59,012 nucleotides of DNA from an uncultured Oscillospiraceae bacterium (GCA_904420435.1 CAJFVK010000001.1:1-59012), one strand, 5' to 3'; numbered from the stretch's first letter, positions 9,387-18,712 are shown. Program-made: numbers and translations. Notes: generated from the sequence alone by a model not told the origin.

Positions 9387-10256
9387 TTATCCCCGCTCCA
9401 GGGTCATCACCACCAGCTGGGCCGGGTTGAACAGGCGGAAGCTGATGCCGGAGTTGCCGATGCCCCGGGAAATGAACACCTGGGCGCCGTTGGCCTCATA
9501 GAAGCCGCTGGTGTAGGAGGGGAACAGGGTCCGCTCAGTGCTGAGCAGGCCGTCGGTAAAGGGCAGGCGGATCAATCCCCCGTGGCCGTGGCCGGAGAGG
9601 ACCAGGTCCGCCCCCAGAAGGCTGTACTGCTTTTCAAAGTAGGTGTTGCGGTGGGCCAGCAGGAGCCAGAAGACGTCCTCCCCAAAGGCGGAGCGGACCT
9701 CCGCCGCCAGCTCCTCCGGGGTTTTCTGATCCGCGTAGCCGTTGGGGTCGTCGATCCCCGCCAGGACGATCTGCTGGCCGCTTCGCTCCAGGGCCACGTA
9801 CTGGTTGCTGAGCACGGTGACCCCGGCGGCCTCCAGGCCCTCCTTCAGCTCCGGCACGCGGCCGATGCCCCACTCGTGGTTGCCGGTGATGAAGTAGGTG
9901 GGGGCGATGGCCGCCAGCTGGGCCCCCAGCTCCCAGGCGTAGGAGAAGGGGGTGTTCCGGTGCCGGTCCACGATGTCGCCGGTAATGGCGATCAGATCCG
10001 GCTCCGCCGCCTCCACCGCCTCCAGGAGGTCCTGGTTGTCCTGGCCGAACACAGCCCCGTGGAGGTCGCTGAGTTGGACGATCCGGAAGCCGTCAAAGGC
10101 CTCCGGCAGGCGGCTGCTGGTGAAGGTGTAGGACTCGGTGAACAGGATAAAGTTGCTTTGATAAAACGCGCCCGCCCCCAAAAGGAGGGCCAGGAGCAGA
10201 AGGATCAGCAGGGGCCGCCGCCACCGGCGGCGGGATTTGGAGTTGGAACGTGCCAT
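9387..10256 (-). CDS. Membrane-anchored metallophosphoesterase (YkuE-like)
   Basis: ORF frame runs to 10313. ATG at 10256 gives [12 protein letters not shown] plus a TM segment. Motifs present: DLHG, GDIVD, GNHE, GHGHGG. Confidence 0.85.
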   Translation of the reverse strand: MARSNSKSRRRWRRPLLILLLLALLLGAGAFYQSNFILFTESYTFTSSRLPEAFDGFRIVQLSDLHGAVFGQDNQDLLEAVEAAEPDLIAITGDIVDRHRNTPFSYAWELGAQLAAIAPTYFITGNHEWGIGRVPELKEGLEAAGVTVLSNQYVALERSGQQIVLAGIDDPNGYADQKTPEELAAEVRSAFGEDVFWLLLAHRNTYFEKQYSLLGADLVLSGHGHGGLIRLPFTDGLLSTERTLFPSYTSGFYEANGAQVFISRGIGNSGISFRLFNPAQLVVMTLERG

Positions 10257-10365
10257 GAAACTGCCTCGCTCTGTGAGATCGTGCCCCGCCGGCGGACCGG
10301 TACCAGGGCCCATAATTTATATAGTATACCATATCATGCCAAAAAATCCAATAGGGAACAGCGAA

Positions 10366-10391
10366 AGGGAGGGAGCCAAGGCTCCCTCCCT
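10366..10391 (-). terminator. Hairpin downstream of the aminotransferase gene
   Basis: AGGGAGGGAGCC-AA-GGCTCCCTCCCT lies 20 nt after the stop at 10412. The T-tract is weak. Confidence 0.45.
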
Positions 10392-10411
10392 CTTCTCTTG
10401 CTCTGCCGCGG

Positions 10412-11608
10412 TCAGCGCTTCCGGTTGTTGTAGGCCTGGATGCCCAGGGCCAGCAGGTCGATGGCCCGCTCCAGGTCCTCCGTCTTCAGCACATAGGCGA
10501 TGCGGATCTCGTCCAGACCCAGGCCGGGGGTCCCGTAGAAGGGGCCGCCGGGAGCGAACATCACCGTCTCCCCATGGTCCTCAAAGTCCGTCAGCAGCCA
10601 CTGCTGGAAGGCGTCCGCGTCGTCCACCGGCAGCTTGGCCATCAGGTAGAAGGCGCCCCCCGGGCACTCGCACAGGACCCCGGGGATCTCCTGGAGCTTG
10701 CGCACCACCGTGTCCCGCCGGCGCTTATACTCCTCCCGGGTGGCGGCGAAGTAGTCCGCCGGCACCGTGTACAGGGCCGCCGCCGCCGTCTGGTCCAGGG
10801 TGGCCACGGACAGCCGGGCCTGACAGTACTTCAGGGCGTGGGCCATCAGCTCCCGATTCCGGGAGATGATCACGCCCACCCGGGCGCCGCAGGCGGAGAA
10901 CCGCTTGGAAACCGAGTCGATCAGCACCACATTCTCCGCCGCGTCGGCAAAGGAGGCCATGGAGGCCAGGTCCTCCCCGCCGTAGACGAACTCCCGGTAC
11001 ACCTCGTCGCTGATGAGGAACAGGCCGTGGTCCCTGGCCACGTCCGCGATCATCCGCATCTCCTCGGGTGTCAGCACCACGCCGGTGGGGTTGCCGGGGT
11101 TGGTGATCAGAATGGCCCGGGTGCGCTCGTTGATCAGGGCCTCAAACCGCTCCCGCTGGGCGTACCGGTACCCCTCGTGGGGGGTGGTGGTCAAGGGGCG
11201 GATCGAGCCGCCGGCGGTGTAGATAAAGGTGCTGTAGTTGGGGTAGAAGGGCTCGGGAATGATGATCTCGTCCCCGTCGTCCAGCACACAGTTGAGGACG
11301 ATCTGCAGAGCCTCGCTGCCGCCGGTGGTCACCAGGATGTCCTCCTCATCCAGGGAGATCCCCAGCCGGTCGTAGTAGCCCCGGACGCCGGAGATCAGCT
11401 CCGGGATGCCGGGGGAGGGGGCGTACTCCAGCACCGGCTGGCTGAAATGGCGCACCGCCTCGAAGGCCACCTCCGGCGTGGCAATATCCGGCTGGCCGAT
11501 GTTCAGGTGATAGATCTTCTTGCCTGCTGCTGCGGCGGCCACTGCGTAGGGATGGAACTTACGCATGGGGGAGAGCCCGCACTTCTCAACTTTGGATGAA
11601 AACTTCAT
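10412..11608 (-). CDS. Class I/II PLP-dependent aminotransferase (aspartate/aromatic aminotransferase-like)
   Basis: 398 aa. It has the PLP-lysine block SVSKRFSACGARVG and is a typical AspB/AspC-family protein in length and sequence. Confidence 0.88.
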   Translation of the reverse strand: MKFSSKVEKCGLSPMRKFHPYAVAAAAAGKKIYHLNIGQPDIATPEVAFEAVRHFSQPVLEYAPSPGIPELISGVRGYYDRLGISLDEEDILVTTGGSEALQIVLNCVLDDGDEIIIPEPFYPNYSTFIYTAGGSIRPLTTTPHEGYRYAQRERFEALINERTRAILITNPGNPTGVVLTPEEMRMIADVARDHGLFLISDEVYREFVYGGEDLASMASFADAAENVVLIDSVSKRFSACGARVGVIISRNRELMAHALKYCQARLSVATLDQTAAAALYTVPADYFAATREEYKRRRDTVVRKLQEIPGVLCECPGGAFYLMAKLPVDDADAFQQWLLTDFEDHGETVMFAPGGPFYGTPGLGLDEIRIAYVLKTEDLERAIDLLALGIQAYNNRKR

Positions 11609-11676
11609 AATATCTCTCCTTTTCTCTTTTCGCAGCAGGGCCGCGCCCGGGCGCCGCCCGGCGTGTGGTTCTATCC

Positions 11677-11705
11677 ATTATACCGTACCTGATCTGAGAC
11701 CGCAA
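11677..11705 (-). promoter_or_regulatory. Sigma-A-type promoter for the aminotransferase gene
   Basis: On the minus strand: TTGCGG (11705-11700), 17 nt, TATAAT (11682-11677). Confidence 0.55.
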
Positions 11706-11932
11706 GGAAAATCCGCCCGATCCGCGTTTTCCGTCATTTTGCACAGATAAACCGAAGGACTGTCAAAAATATTGGGACGGAATCGCCGCGAAACCGGCGG
11801 AATCGGGGGGTTTACAGGCTGCCGTTCACAGAAACTTTACAATTATGCAGGAGCGTGGTATGATACCTTCATTACCGGGCCGGCTTCTGCCGGCGGAATC
11901 GGAAAACCTGTGTGAAAGAGAGGGGAACGACT

Positions 11933-13360
11933 ATGCAGACCATACCACTGATCATCGTGGCGGCGTATCTGATCGGCATGCTGCTCATCGGCTTCATTGT
12001 AGGGAAGCTCAACATCAAGGACAGCGACGACTATATGCTGGCCGGCCGGCGGATGGGCCTCTTTATGGTGGCCTTCTCCCTGTCCGCCAACAACATCGGC
12101 GGCGGGTCCACCACGGGCCTGGCCCAAAAGGCCTTCGGCGAGTGGGGCATGTCCGCCATCTGGTACGTGCTGGCGGCGTCCATCGCCATGATTCCCCTGG
12201 CCTATTTCGCCCCCAAGATCCGCAAGACCATGGCCGTCACCATTCCCGAGGTGGTGGGCCGGCGCTTCGGCAAGGGCTCCAGCACCTTCACCGCTGTGCT
12301 GGGCGTGCTGTCCCTGTTCTGCCTGACCTCCAGCCAGATCGCCGCCTCCGGCACGGTGGTGGCCACCCTCACCGGCATCCCCACCAACGTGGCGCTGGTG
12401 ATCGCGGGCCTGGTGGTGATCCTCTACACCACCTTCGGCGGCATGATCGCCGACCAGATCTCCGACCTGGTGCAGTTTGTCATCATCCTGGTGGGCCTTG
12501 CGGTGGCCACGCCCTTTGTCATCCAGGGCTGCGGCGGCTGGGAGGCCATCTCCGCCGCCCTGCCGCCGGTGCAGCTGAGCTTCACCAAGATCGGCTGGGT
12601 CACCATCATCGGCTACATCTTCAACTACTTCTGCACCTTCCTGGCGGGTCCGGAGATGGTGTCCCGGTTTGAAACCGCCAAGAGCGAGAAGACCGCCCGG
12701 AACGCCTCCTGGCTCTCCGCCATCCTCATGGCGGCCATGGCCATCTTCCCCACCCTGCTGGGCCTGGCCGCCCTGGCCATGAAGGACTCCATCCCCGGCC
12801 TGGCGGAGGACGGCGCCAACGCCATGATGGCCGTCACCAGCGCCTACGCCCCCGGCGTGATGGTGGGGCTGATCTCCGCGGCCATCATCTGCGCCACCAT
12901 GTCCTCGGCGGACTCCAACCTGCTGTGCATGTCCACCATGGTGATCAACGACCTGTACATGGGCCTGGGCGGGAAGAGGAACCTGCCGGAGAAGCGCATC
13001 ATCTTCTACACCCGGGCCTGCAACGTGGTGTTCGCCCTGGTGGCCATGGGCATCGCCATGTTCGGTGTGGACATCGTCACCATGAACACCTTCGCCTTCG
13101 GCATCCGGTGCGCCGGCCCCTTCGCCGCCTACGGCCTGGGCCTGGCGGTGCCCCGGGCCACCAAGCGCTCCGGGGTCATCTCCCTCTTTGCCGGCACCGT
13201 GGGCTTCTGCTTCTGGCAGTGGCTCAGCGGCGGGGACTTCTACTGGGGGATCCTGCCGGTGGTGTTCGGCTGCGCGGTCAGCGTGGCGGCCTTCTTCCTG
13301 GTGAACCTGATCGAGTGGCGCCGGGGCGTCCAGCCGGCCCCCTCCGCCTATCAGGACTGA
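11933..13360 (+). CDS. Sodium:solute symporter (SSS) family transporter
   Basis: ORF frame starts at 11912, with ATG at 11933 after AGAGAGGGG. The protein is polytopic with about 13 hydrophobic segments and has the PutP/PanF-like N-terminus MQTIPLIIVAAYLIGMLLIGF. Confidence 0.88.
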   Translation: MQTIPLIIVAAYLIGMLLIGFIVGKLNIKDSDDYMLAGRRMGLFMVAFSLSANNIGGGSTTGLAQKAFGEWGMSAIWYVLAASIAMIPLAYFAPKIRKTMAVTIPEVVGRRFGKGSSTFTAVLGVLSLFCLTSSQIAASGTVVATLTGIPTNVALVIAGLVVILYTTFGGMIADQISDLVQFVIILVGLAVATPFVIQGCGGWEAISAALPPVQLSFTKIGWVTIIGYIFNYFCTFLAGPEMVSRFETAKSEKTARNASWLSAILMAAMAIFPTLLGLAALAMKDSIPGLAEDGANAMMAVTSAYAPGVMVGLISAAIICATMSSADSNLLCMSTMVINDLYMGLGGKRNLPEKRIIFYTRACNVVFALVAMGIAMFGVDIVTMNTFAFGIRCAGPFAAYGLGLAVPRATKRSGVISLFAGTVGFCFWQWLSGGDFYWGILPVVFGCAVSVAAFFLVNLIEWRRGVQPAPSAYQD

Positions 13361-13436
13361 CCGGCCCGAAGGGCGCCGCCTGTCCCTGACGAAATATACG
13401 CCCCGCCCCGCGGCCTGTCCCCGGGAGCGGGCAAGG

Positions 13437-13473
13437 AAAAACCGGGAAGCCCCGCGGGGCTTCCCGGTTTTTT
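13437..13473. terminator. Bidirectional intrinsic terminator between the symporter and the anti-sigma gene
   Basis: AAAAA-CCGGGAAGCCCCGCGGGGCTTCCCGG-TTTTTT: a perfect palindrome flanked by A5 and T6. Confidence 0.85.
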
Positions 13474-13481
13474 GCGCGGAC

Positions 13482-15107
13482 TCAGTCGTCGTCCATGTCG
13501 TACTCCAGAATGACGCCGGAGGAGCCGTCGATCTTGACCTCGTACTCCCTGCCGCCGGAGCGGAACTCCACCTCGTACTCCAGGCGGCCGTCGTCGTAGT
13601 CCCGCTCCACCTTCAGGCCGGTTATGTCGGAGAGGCTGAGGCCGGCGTAGCTGAGGGCGGCGTCCCTGGCACCCTCCGCGCCGATATCCCCGGAGGACGC
13701 GGCGGCGTGGGTCTTCGCCTCGCTCTTCAGGATGGCACCGGAGGAGCCGTCGACCTCGTAGTCGTACTCCGTATCCCCCGCCCAGAACTCGATCTCGTAC
13801 TCCAGGCGGCCGTCGTCATAGTCCCGCTTGGTGGAGGTGAACGCCGCCTGGTCCGCGGACACGCCGGCGTGGCTGAGGGCCGCGCTCTTGGCCGCCTCCA
13901 GGCCGATGTCCCCGGTGGACGCGCCGCTCTCCGCGCCGTCCTGCTCGTGGTCAAAGCCGATCACCTGGCCGGTGGCGGCGTCGATCTCGTACTCATACTC
14001 GGTGCTGCCCACCCAGAACTCCACCTCGTACTCCAGGCGGCCGTCCTCGTAGTCCCGCTTGGCCCAGATGCTGGACACCTGGTCCGCGGACACGCCGGCG
14101 TGGCTGAGGGCCGCGGCCTTGGCCGCCTCGGCGCCGATATCCGCCGGGCTGAGGACGCCGCTGTCCCCCGCCCCGGCCAGGATGCCGGCCTGTCCCCGGA
14201 GCACCTGGCCGGTGTAGGCGTCGACCGCATACTCAAACTCCCCGATGGAGAGCTTCAGCTCCACCTCGTAGTGGGGGGTCCTCTCGTCCAGCTCCGCGTC
14301 CACCTCGCAGACCACCGCGGTGGTGTCCCCCACCCCGGCGTACTCCCGGGCGATCCGCTCCGCCTCGCTCCGGCCGATGGGCAGCTGCCCGGCGCCGGCG
14401 GCGGCCATCTGGCTGAGCTCCTCCACGCTGAGGGCGGACAGGTCCGAAAAGCTCAGGCTGCTGTTCACCGCCCGGATGGCCTCGATCAGGGAGGCCTTGC
14501 CCACGGACACGTTGTTCTCCTGGGCCAAACTGTTCAGGGAGGCGTCCTGGGCCACGGTCTGGCTGAGCACCGACGCGCCGGACTGGGCGTTCTGCAGGGC
14601 CAGCCCCACCTCGCTGCTGAGACTCTCCTGGAGCCGGGCCGCCCGGCCGGCGTCCGCGTCCTCCACGGAGATCAGGATGGCCGAGGAGAGGCTCTCCAGA
14701 TAGCCGTGGCGCAGGAGGCTGCCCACAATGGCGTTCACCGCCACGTTCAGGTCCGTCCCCTCCAGGGGCATATCCCGGAGGATCTCCTCCGCCTCGGCAT
14801 TCAGGGCCCGGGCGGTGAGGACCTTTTCGCTCTGGCTCACCTCCAGCTGGATGCTGGGGTTCACATCCAGGGAAACCACCGAGGCCACGGCACTCTGCTG
14901 CCGGAGATAGAACCCCAGGATGCCGCCGCCCACCAGCAGCAGCGCCAGGCAGACGGCCACCGCCATCCGGGCAAAGGGCCGCTTCTTTCTCAGGGGGATC
15001 ACCACCCCGGACCGGTCGGCGCACCGGGAGAGGATGCTCTCCAGCTGGTCCGGCGCCGCGTGCTCCACGGCCAGGGCCAGCTTCTCTTCCAGTTGGCGGT
15101 CTGTCAC
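13482..15107 (-). CDS. Anti-sigma factor with one TM segment and four tandem PepSY domains
   Basis: GTG at 15107 follows GGAAGGAGGGGA and overlaps the sigma stop (GTGA). The TM segment is MAVAVCLALLLVGGGILGFYL. The C-terminal half has four repeats of the type AKxAALSHAGVSxxQ...RDYDDGRLEYEVEF...EYEYEIDxxxGxIL. The ORF-track N-terminal extension to 15425 overlaps the sigma gene and is rejected. Confidence 0.85.
   Translation of the reverse strand: MTDRQLEEKLALAVEHAAPDQLESILSRCADRSGVVIPLRKKRPFARMAVAVCLALLLVGGGILGFYLRQQSAVASVVSLDVNPSIQLEVSQSEKVLTARALNAEAEEILRDMPLEGTDLNVAVNAIVGSLLRHGYLESLSSAILISVEDADAGRAARLQESLSSEVGLALQNAQSGASVLSQTVAQDASLNSLAQENNVSVGKASLIEAIRAVNSSLSFSDLSALSVEELSQMAAAGAGQLPIGRSEAERIAREYAGVGDTTAVVCEVDAELDERTPHYEVELKLSIGEFEYAVDAYTGQVLRGQAGILAGAGDSGVLSPADIGAEAAKAAALSHAGVSADQVSSIWAKRDYEDGRLEYEVEFWVGSTEYEYEIDAATGQVIGFDHEQDGAESGASTGDIGLEAAKSAALSHAGVSADQAAFTSTKRDYDDGRLEYEIEFWAGDTEYDYEVDGSSGAILKSEAKTHAAASSGDIGAEGARDAALSYAGLSLSDITGLKVERDYDDGRLEYEVEFRSGGREYEVKIDGSSGVILEYDMDDD
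13485..14290 (-). repeat. Intragenic tandem repeats (about 222-240 nt period) encoding the PepSY modules
   Basis: The anchor GTACTCCAGGCGGCCGTC recurs at 13575, 13797 and 14028 on the plus strand. A degenerate fourth unit lies near 14268. Confidence 0.8.
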
Positions 15108-15679
15108 AGGGCGTCCCCTCCTTCCAGTTGTTTTCTCAGCTTCTTCAGCGCCCGGTGATACTTGGAGAGGACCGTGGGCAGGGGCAGCTCCAGAATCTCC
15201 GCGATCTCCCGGTGCTTCAGCCCGCTCACCGCGTGGAGGAGCACCGCCTGGCGCTCCTGGTCGTCCAGGGCCCCCAGGGCCGCCTGGAGCACCGCACGGT
15301 CCTCCGCCGTCACCGCCGGGGAGTCCACCGCCAGGCTCTCCCAGTCCTCCTGGGGCAGATCCTGCTCCCTGCCCCGCCGGCGCAGGCGCATCAGGGCAAA
15401 ATTTTTCGCGATGGTCAGCACCCACCCCATGGGCTTCCCCTGGGGGCGGTAGCCGGGGGCCGTGTCCCAGACGCGGACGTAGGTGTCCTGGGTCACATCC
15501 TCCGCGTCGTGTCCGTTTTTCAAGTAGGACAGGGCCAGGCCGTAGACAGAGCGCCTGGTCCTGTCATAGAACGCCGACAGCGCCTCCCGGTCCCCGGCGG
15601 CGATGTCCAGCAGCAGCTCCTCCAGCTGGTCCGGCGCCGCGGCGCCGGCGTCCGCCAGTGTGCCAAGTATCATCAGCAT
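15104..15679 (-). CDS. ECF-type RNA polymerase sigma-70 family factor
   Basis: 191 aa. Region 2 is DAEDVTQDTYVRVW and the region 4 HTH is LKHREIAEILELPLPTVLSKYHRALKKLR. SD is GGAGAGGGG. Confidence 0.92.
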   Translation of the reverse strand: MLMILGTLADAGAAAPDQLEELLLDIAAGDREALSAFYDRTRRSVYGLALSYLKNGHDAEDVTQDTYVRVWDTAPGYRPQGKPMGWVLTIAKNFALMRLRRRGREQDLPQEDWESLAVDSPAVTAEDRAVLQAALGALDDQERQAVLLHAVSGLKHREIAEILELPLPTVLSKYHRALKKLRKQLEGGDAL

Positions 15680-15768
15680 GGGATCCCCTCTCCTGTCACT
15701 TCTATAATGCTGCCGAGGCCCGTTTTATTGCGCGCAGCGGCAGAAAATTTTTCCGCCGGGCCCGGACC

Positions 15769-16320
15769 TCAGCCCCGGTCCGCCCGGTAGTCCCGGTAGA
15801 CCTCTCCCTCCAAAGTCTTCCACTGGAAGAGGCCGCCCTCCAGGGTCATGTAGCCCTTGGCGCTGCCCCCCTTGGGGATGGACACGGAGCCCGGGTTCAG
15901 ATAGACGTACCCCTGGTGCTCCGCGCAGGCGGGCACATGGGTGTGGCCGTGGAGCAGGACGCTCCAGGCGCCCATGGGGGGCAGGTGCTCCTCGTTCCAC
16001 AGGTGGCCGTGGGTGGCGTAGATCCGCACCCCGTCCGCCTCCACCAGGGCGTAGTCGGCCAGGATGGGGAACTGGAGGACCATCTGGTCCACCTCCGCGT
16101 CGCAGTTGCCCCGGACGGCCAGGATCCGGTCCCGGAGGCCGTTGAGCATCTCACAGACCCTGGGGCAGTCGTACTCCTCCGGCAGGGCGTTGCGGGGGCC
16201 GTGGTAGAGCAGGTCCCCCAGCAGGAGGATCTGATCCGGCGCCTCCCGCTCCACCGCCTCCATGAGCTTGCCGCAGCAGCGGGCGCTGCCGTGAATATCG
16301 GACGCAATCAGCAGTTTCAT
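15769..16320 (-). CDS. YfcE-type phosphodiesterase (MJ0936 metallophosphoesterase family)
   Basis: 183 aa. Motifs present: SDIHGS, GDLLYHGPRN, GNCD, GHTH. Confidence 0.88.
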   Translation of the reverse strand: MKLLIASDIHGSARCCGKLMEAVEREAPDQILLLGDLLYHGPRNALPEEYDCPRVCEMLNGLRDRILAVRGNCDAEVDQMVLQFPILADYALVEADGVRIYATHGHLWNEEHLPPMGAWSVLLHGHTHVPACAEHQGYVYLNPGSVSIPKGGSAKGYMTLEGGLFQWKTLEGEVYRDYRADRG

Positions 16321-16388
16321 ATAGGAATCTCCTTTTGTCGCTTTGAATTCAGGAAACAGTATACCATTTTTGCGGCAAAATTCAACTG

Positions 16389-16417
16389 TTGCCTTTTGTC
16401 GGAAACTTGCGTATACT
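16389..16417 (+). promoter_or_regulatory. Sigma-A-type promoter for the HAD hydrolase gene
   Basis: TTGCCT (16389-16394), 17 nt, TATACT (16412-16417). It is followed by an about 115-nt GC-rich leader. Confidence 0.5.
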
Positions 16418-16536
16418 GGCAGGCAGAGGGCGCGTGCCCCCCGGAGCCGGCGGCTGACAGGCGGCTTTGGAGGGGCGGTGCGCCCCGTGGAAAAAGAAGC
16501 GCGCCGGGCAGACGCCGGCGCGGGGGAGGAAGCCCT

Positions 16537-17202
16537 ATGGCATATGATACGATTCTCTTTGATCTGGACGGCACCCTGCTGGACACCCTGGAGGACTTAA
16601 AGGACGCGGTGAACCACGAGCTGGAGCGGGAGGGGGATCCCCCCCGGACCCTGGAGGAGGTCCGGGGCTTTGTGGGCAACGGCTTTCGGATGCTCATGAC
16701 CCGGGCCCTGCCCCAGGGCCTGAGCCAGGAGGAGATCGACCGGCGGACCGCCTCCATGGCCGCCTGGTACGGGGACCACAGCCAGGTACGCACCCGGCCC
16801 TACGATGGGATCCTGCCCCTGCTGGAGGCCCTGCGCCAGGCGGGCAGGGCCCTGGCGGTGGTGTCCAACAAGGGGGACGCGGTGGTGGGCCCCCTGTGCG
16901 AGCACTACTTCCCCGGCCTGCTGGACGCGGCGGTGGGGGAGGTGCCGGGATTGCGGCGAAAGCCCGATCCGGACACGGTGGAGCTGGCCCTCCGGCGGAT
17001 GAACCGGGGCAGGGAGGGGGCCGTGTACATCGGGGACTCGGACGTGGACATCGCCACCGCCCGGAACGCGGGGCTCCCCTGCATCTCCGTCACCTGGGGC
17101 TTTCGCAGCCGGGAGGAGCTGGAGCGCGCCGGGGCCTCCGTGCTGGTGGACACCCCGGAGCAGCTGCTGGCCCTGCTCACCGGCTCCGCCGGCGCGGATT
17201 GA
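16537..17202 (+). CDS. HAD-superfamily hydrolase (phosphoglycolate phosphatase-like)
   Basis: ATG at 16537 follows GGGGGAGGAAG. It has motif I FDLDGTLLDT, plus SNK and GDSDVD. The 760-aa ORF-track frame upstream is a GC-driven extension. Confidence 0.88.
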   Translation: MAYDTILFDLDGTLLDTLEDLKDAVNHELEREGDPPRTLEEVRGFVGNGFRMLMTRALPQGLSQEEIDRRTASMAAWYGDHSQVRTRPYDGILPLLEALRQAGRALAVVSNKGDAVVGPLCEHYFPGLLDAAVGEVPGLRRKPDPDTVELALRRMNRGREGAVYIGDSDVDIATARNAGLPCISVTWGFRSREELERAGASVLVDTPEQLLALLTGSAGAD

Positions 17203-17205
17203 GCC

Positions 17206-17234
17206 TTGCAAAGCCCGGCGGATCGTGCTATACT
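17206..17234 (+). promoter_or_regulatory. Sigma-A-type promoter of the riboswitch-guanine deaminase transcript
   Basis: TTGCAA (17206-17211), 17 nt, TATACT (17229-17234), with TG at -15/-14. Confidence 0.7.
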
Positions 17235-17247
17235 GATTACAGAACCG

Positions 17248-17320
17248 AACACCATATAATTTCGTCGAAAAATGGCACGAAAGTTTCTACGGGGTCGCCA
17301 AGGACTCTGCTATGAGTGTT
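17248..17320 (+). promoter_or_regulatory. Purine riboswitch aptamer, guanine class
   Basis: AACACCAUAUAAUUUCGUCGAAAAAUGGCACGAAAGUUUCUACGGGGUCGCCAAGGACUCUGCUAUGAGUGUU matches the xpt aptamer blocks UAUAAU, AUGGCACG-AAGUUUCUAC and CUAUG. The specificity position before UAUG is C. Confidence 0.88.
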
Positions 17321-17361
17321 CCGCCCAGGGGCAGGCCCCCGGCGCGGAATGCTCTTTTTTT
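17314..17361 (+). terminator. Riboswitch expression-platform terminator
   Basis: Stem GAGUGUUCCGC (17314-17324) pairs with GCGGAAUGCUC (17344-17354), with inner GGGG/CCCC pairs, then U7 (17355-17361). The 5' arm reuses 7 nt of the P1 3' strand. Confidence 0.8.
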
Positions 17362-17399
17362 GTCCCCGTAGGGCAGCCGTTCAGAAAGGAGCCACCGCT

Positions 17400-18656
17400 A
17401 TGACCACCATTTTCCGCGGCAATATCGTCCACACCCCCCGGCTGGGGGAGCTGAAAACCATCCCCAGGGGCTACCTCGTCCTGGAGGACGGGGTGATCGA
17501 CGGCCTGTACGACCACCTGCCTCACCGCTACGACGGCGTCCCGGTAGAGGACTGGGGGGACCGGCTCATCATGCAGTCCTTCGCGGATATGCACGTCCAC
17601 GCCCCCCAGTACGCCATGGAGGCCATAGGCATGGACCTGCCCCTGCTGGAGTGGCTCCAGACCTACGCCTTCCCCACCGAGGCCCGGTACGCGGACACGG
17701 AGTTTGCCCGCCGGACCTACCGCCGGCTGGCCCAGGAGCTGATCAGCTGGGGCACCACCCGGGTGGCCATGTTCTCCTCCCTCCACACCGACGCCACCCT
17801 GATTTTGATGGAGGAGCTGGAGAAGGCGGGGATCTGCGGCTACGTGGGCAAGGTGAACATGGACCGCAACGGCGGCGAGAACCTCCAGGAAACCACGGAG
17901 GAGTCCCTGCGGGAGACGGTCCGCTGGCTGGACAGCTGCCACTTTGCGCACATCCATCCCATCATCACCCCCCGCTTCACCCCCTCCTGCACCGACGAGC
18001 TCATGCGGGGGCTGGGCAAGCTGGGCCGGGAGCGGGGGCTCTACGTCCAGAGCCACCTGTCGGAGAATCTCAGCGAGATGGAGTGGGTCCGCCAGCTCCA
18101 TCCGGACTGCCGGCGGTACTGGGAAACCTACCAGAAGTTCGGCATGTGGCGCAGCCACACCATCATGGCCCACTGCGTCCACTCCGACGTGCGGGAGCAG
18201 GAGGCCATCCGGGACGCCAACGTGCTGGTGGCCCACTGCGCGGCCTCCAACGTGAACCTGTGCAGCGGCACGGCCCCGGTGCGGGAGATGCTGGACCGGG
18301 GGCTCTGGGTGGCCCTGGGGTCCGATGTGGCCGGGGGGGATCACCTGTCCATGGCCCGGAACATCGAGCACGCCATCCGGGCCTCCAAGATCCGCCGGAT
18401 CGAGAGCAACTGGCACACCCCCTTCCTCACCGTGGCGGAGGGGCTGTACCTGGGCACCACGGCGGGACACCGGTACTTCGGCGCCGGCAACGGCTTTGCC
18501 AAGGGGGATAAGCTCCACGCCATCGTGGTGGACGACAGCGCCCTGCCGGAGGGGGTCCGGGAGCTGACCGTCCGGGAGCGGGCGGAGCGGCTGGTCTACC
18601 AGATGCGCCAGGAGTTTATCACGGCCGTCTACAGCGACAGCCGCCGGGTCCGCTGA
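17400..18656 (+). CDS. guaD: Guanine deaminase-like amidohydrolase
   Basis: ATG at 17400 follows AAAGGAG. It has the metal motif DMHVHAPQ, later HLSE and HCV...D blocks, and guanine deaminase-like length. A purine riboswitch lies upstream. Confidence 0.85.
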   Translation: MTTIFRGNIVHTPRLGELKTIPRGYLVLEDGVIDGLYDHLPHRYDGVPVEDWGDRLIMQSFADMHVHAPQYAMEAIGMDLPLLEWLQTYAFPTEARYADTEFARRTYRRLAQELISWGTTRVAMFSSLHTDATLILMEELEKAGICGYVGKVNMDRNGGENLQETTEESLRETVRWLDSCHFAHIHPIITPRFTPSCTDELMRGLGKLGRERGLYVQSHLSENLSEMEWVRQLHPDCRRYWETYQKFGMWRSHTIMAHCVHSDVREQEAIRDANVLVAHCAASNVNLCSGTAPVREMLDRGLWVALGSDVAGGDHLSMARNIEHAIRASKIRRIESNWHTPFLTVAEGLYLGTTAGHRYFGAGNGFAKGDKLHAIVVDDSALPEGVRELTVRERAERLVYQMRQEFITAVYSDSRRVR

Positions 18657-18680
18657 GGGCCGGAAGCGGGGAAAACGGCA

Positions 18681-18712
18681 GAGGGGAGAGATCCAATCGG
18701 ATCTCTCCCTCT
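18681..18712. terminator. Hairpin between the convergent guaD and 523-aa genes
   Basis: GAGGGGAGAGATCC-AATC-GGATCTCTCCCTCT. Confidence 0.6.

Noticed and set aside
13482-14290. Regularly spaced repeats that could be mistaken for a CRISPR array or VNTR.
   Set aside because: The period is about 222-240 nt with no short conserved repeat/spacer alternation. The repeats are in frame and encode PepSY domains of the anti-sigma protein.
14920-16536. N-terminal 539 codons of the 760-aa ORF ending at 17202. Comparable extensions occur in 13482-15425, 45603-48416, 47864-49363, 41379-42140, 21746-23176 and 33445-35622.
   Set aside because: The upstream parts overlap other well-supported genes or intergenic DNA and are compositionally nonsense. 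Internal starts with good SD sequences give proteins of canonical length.
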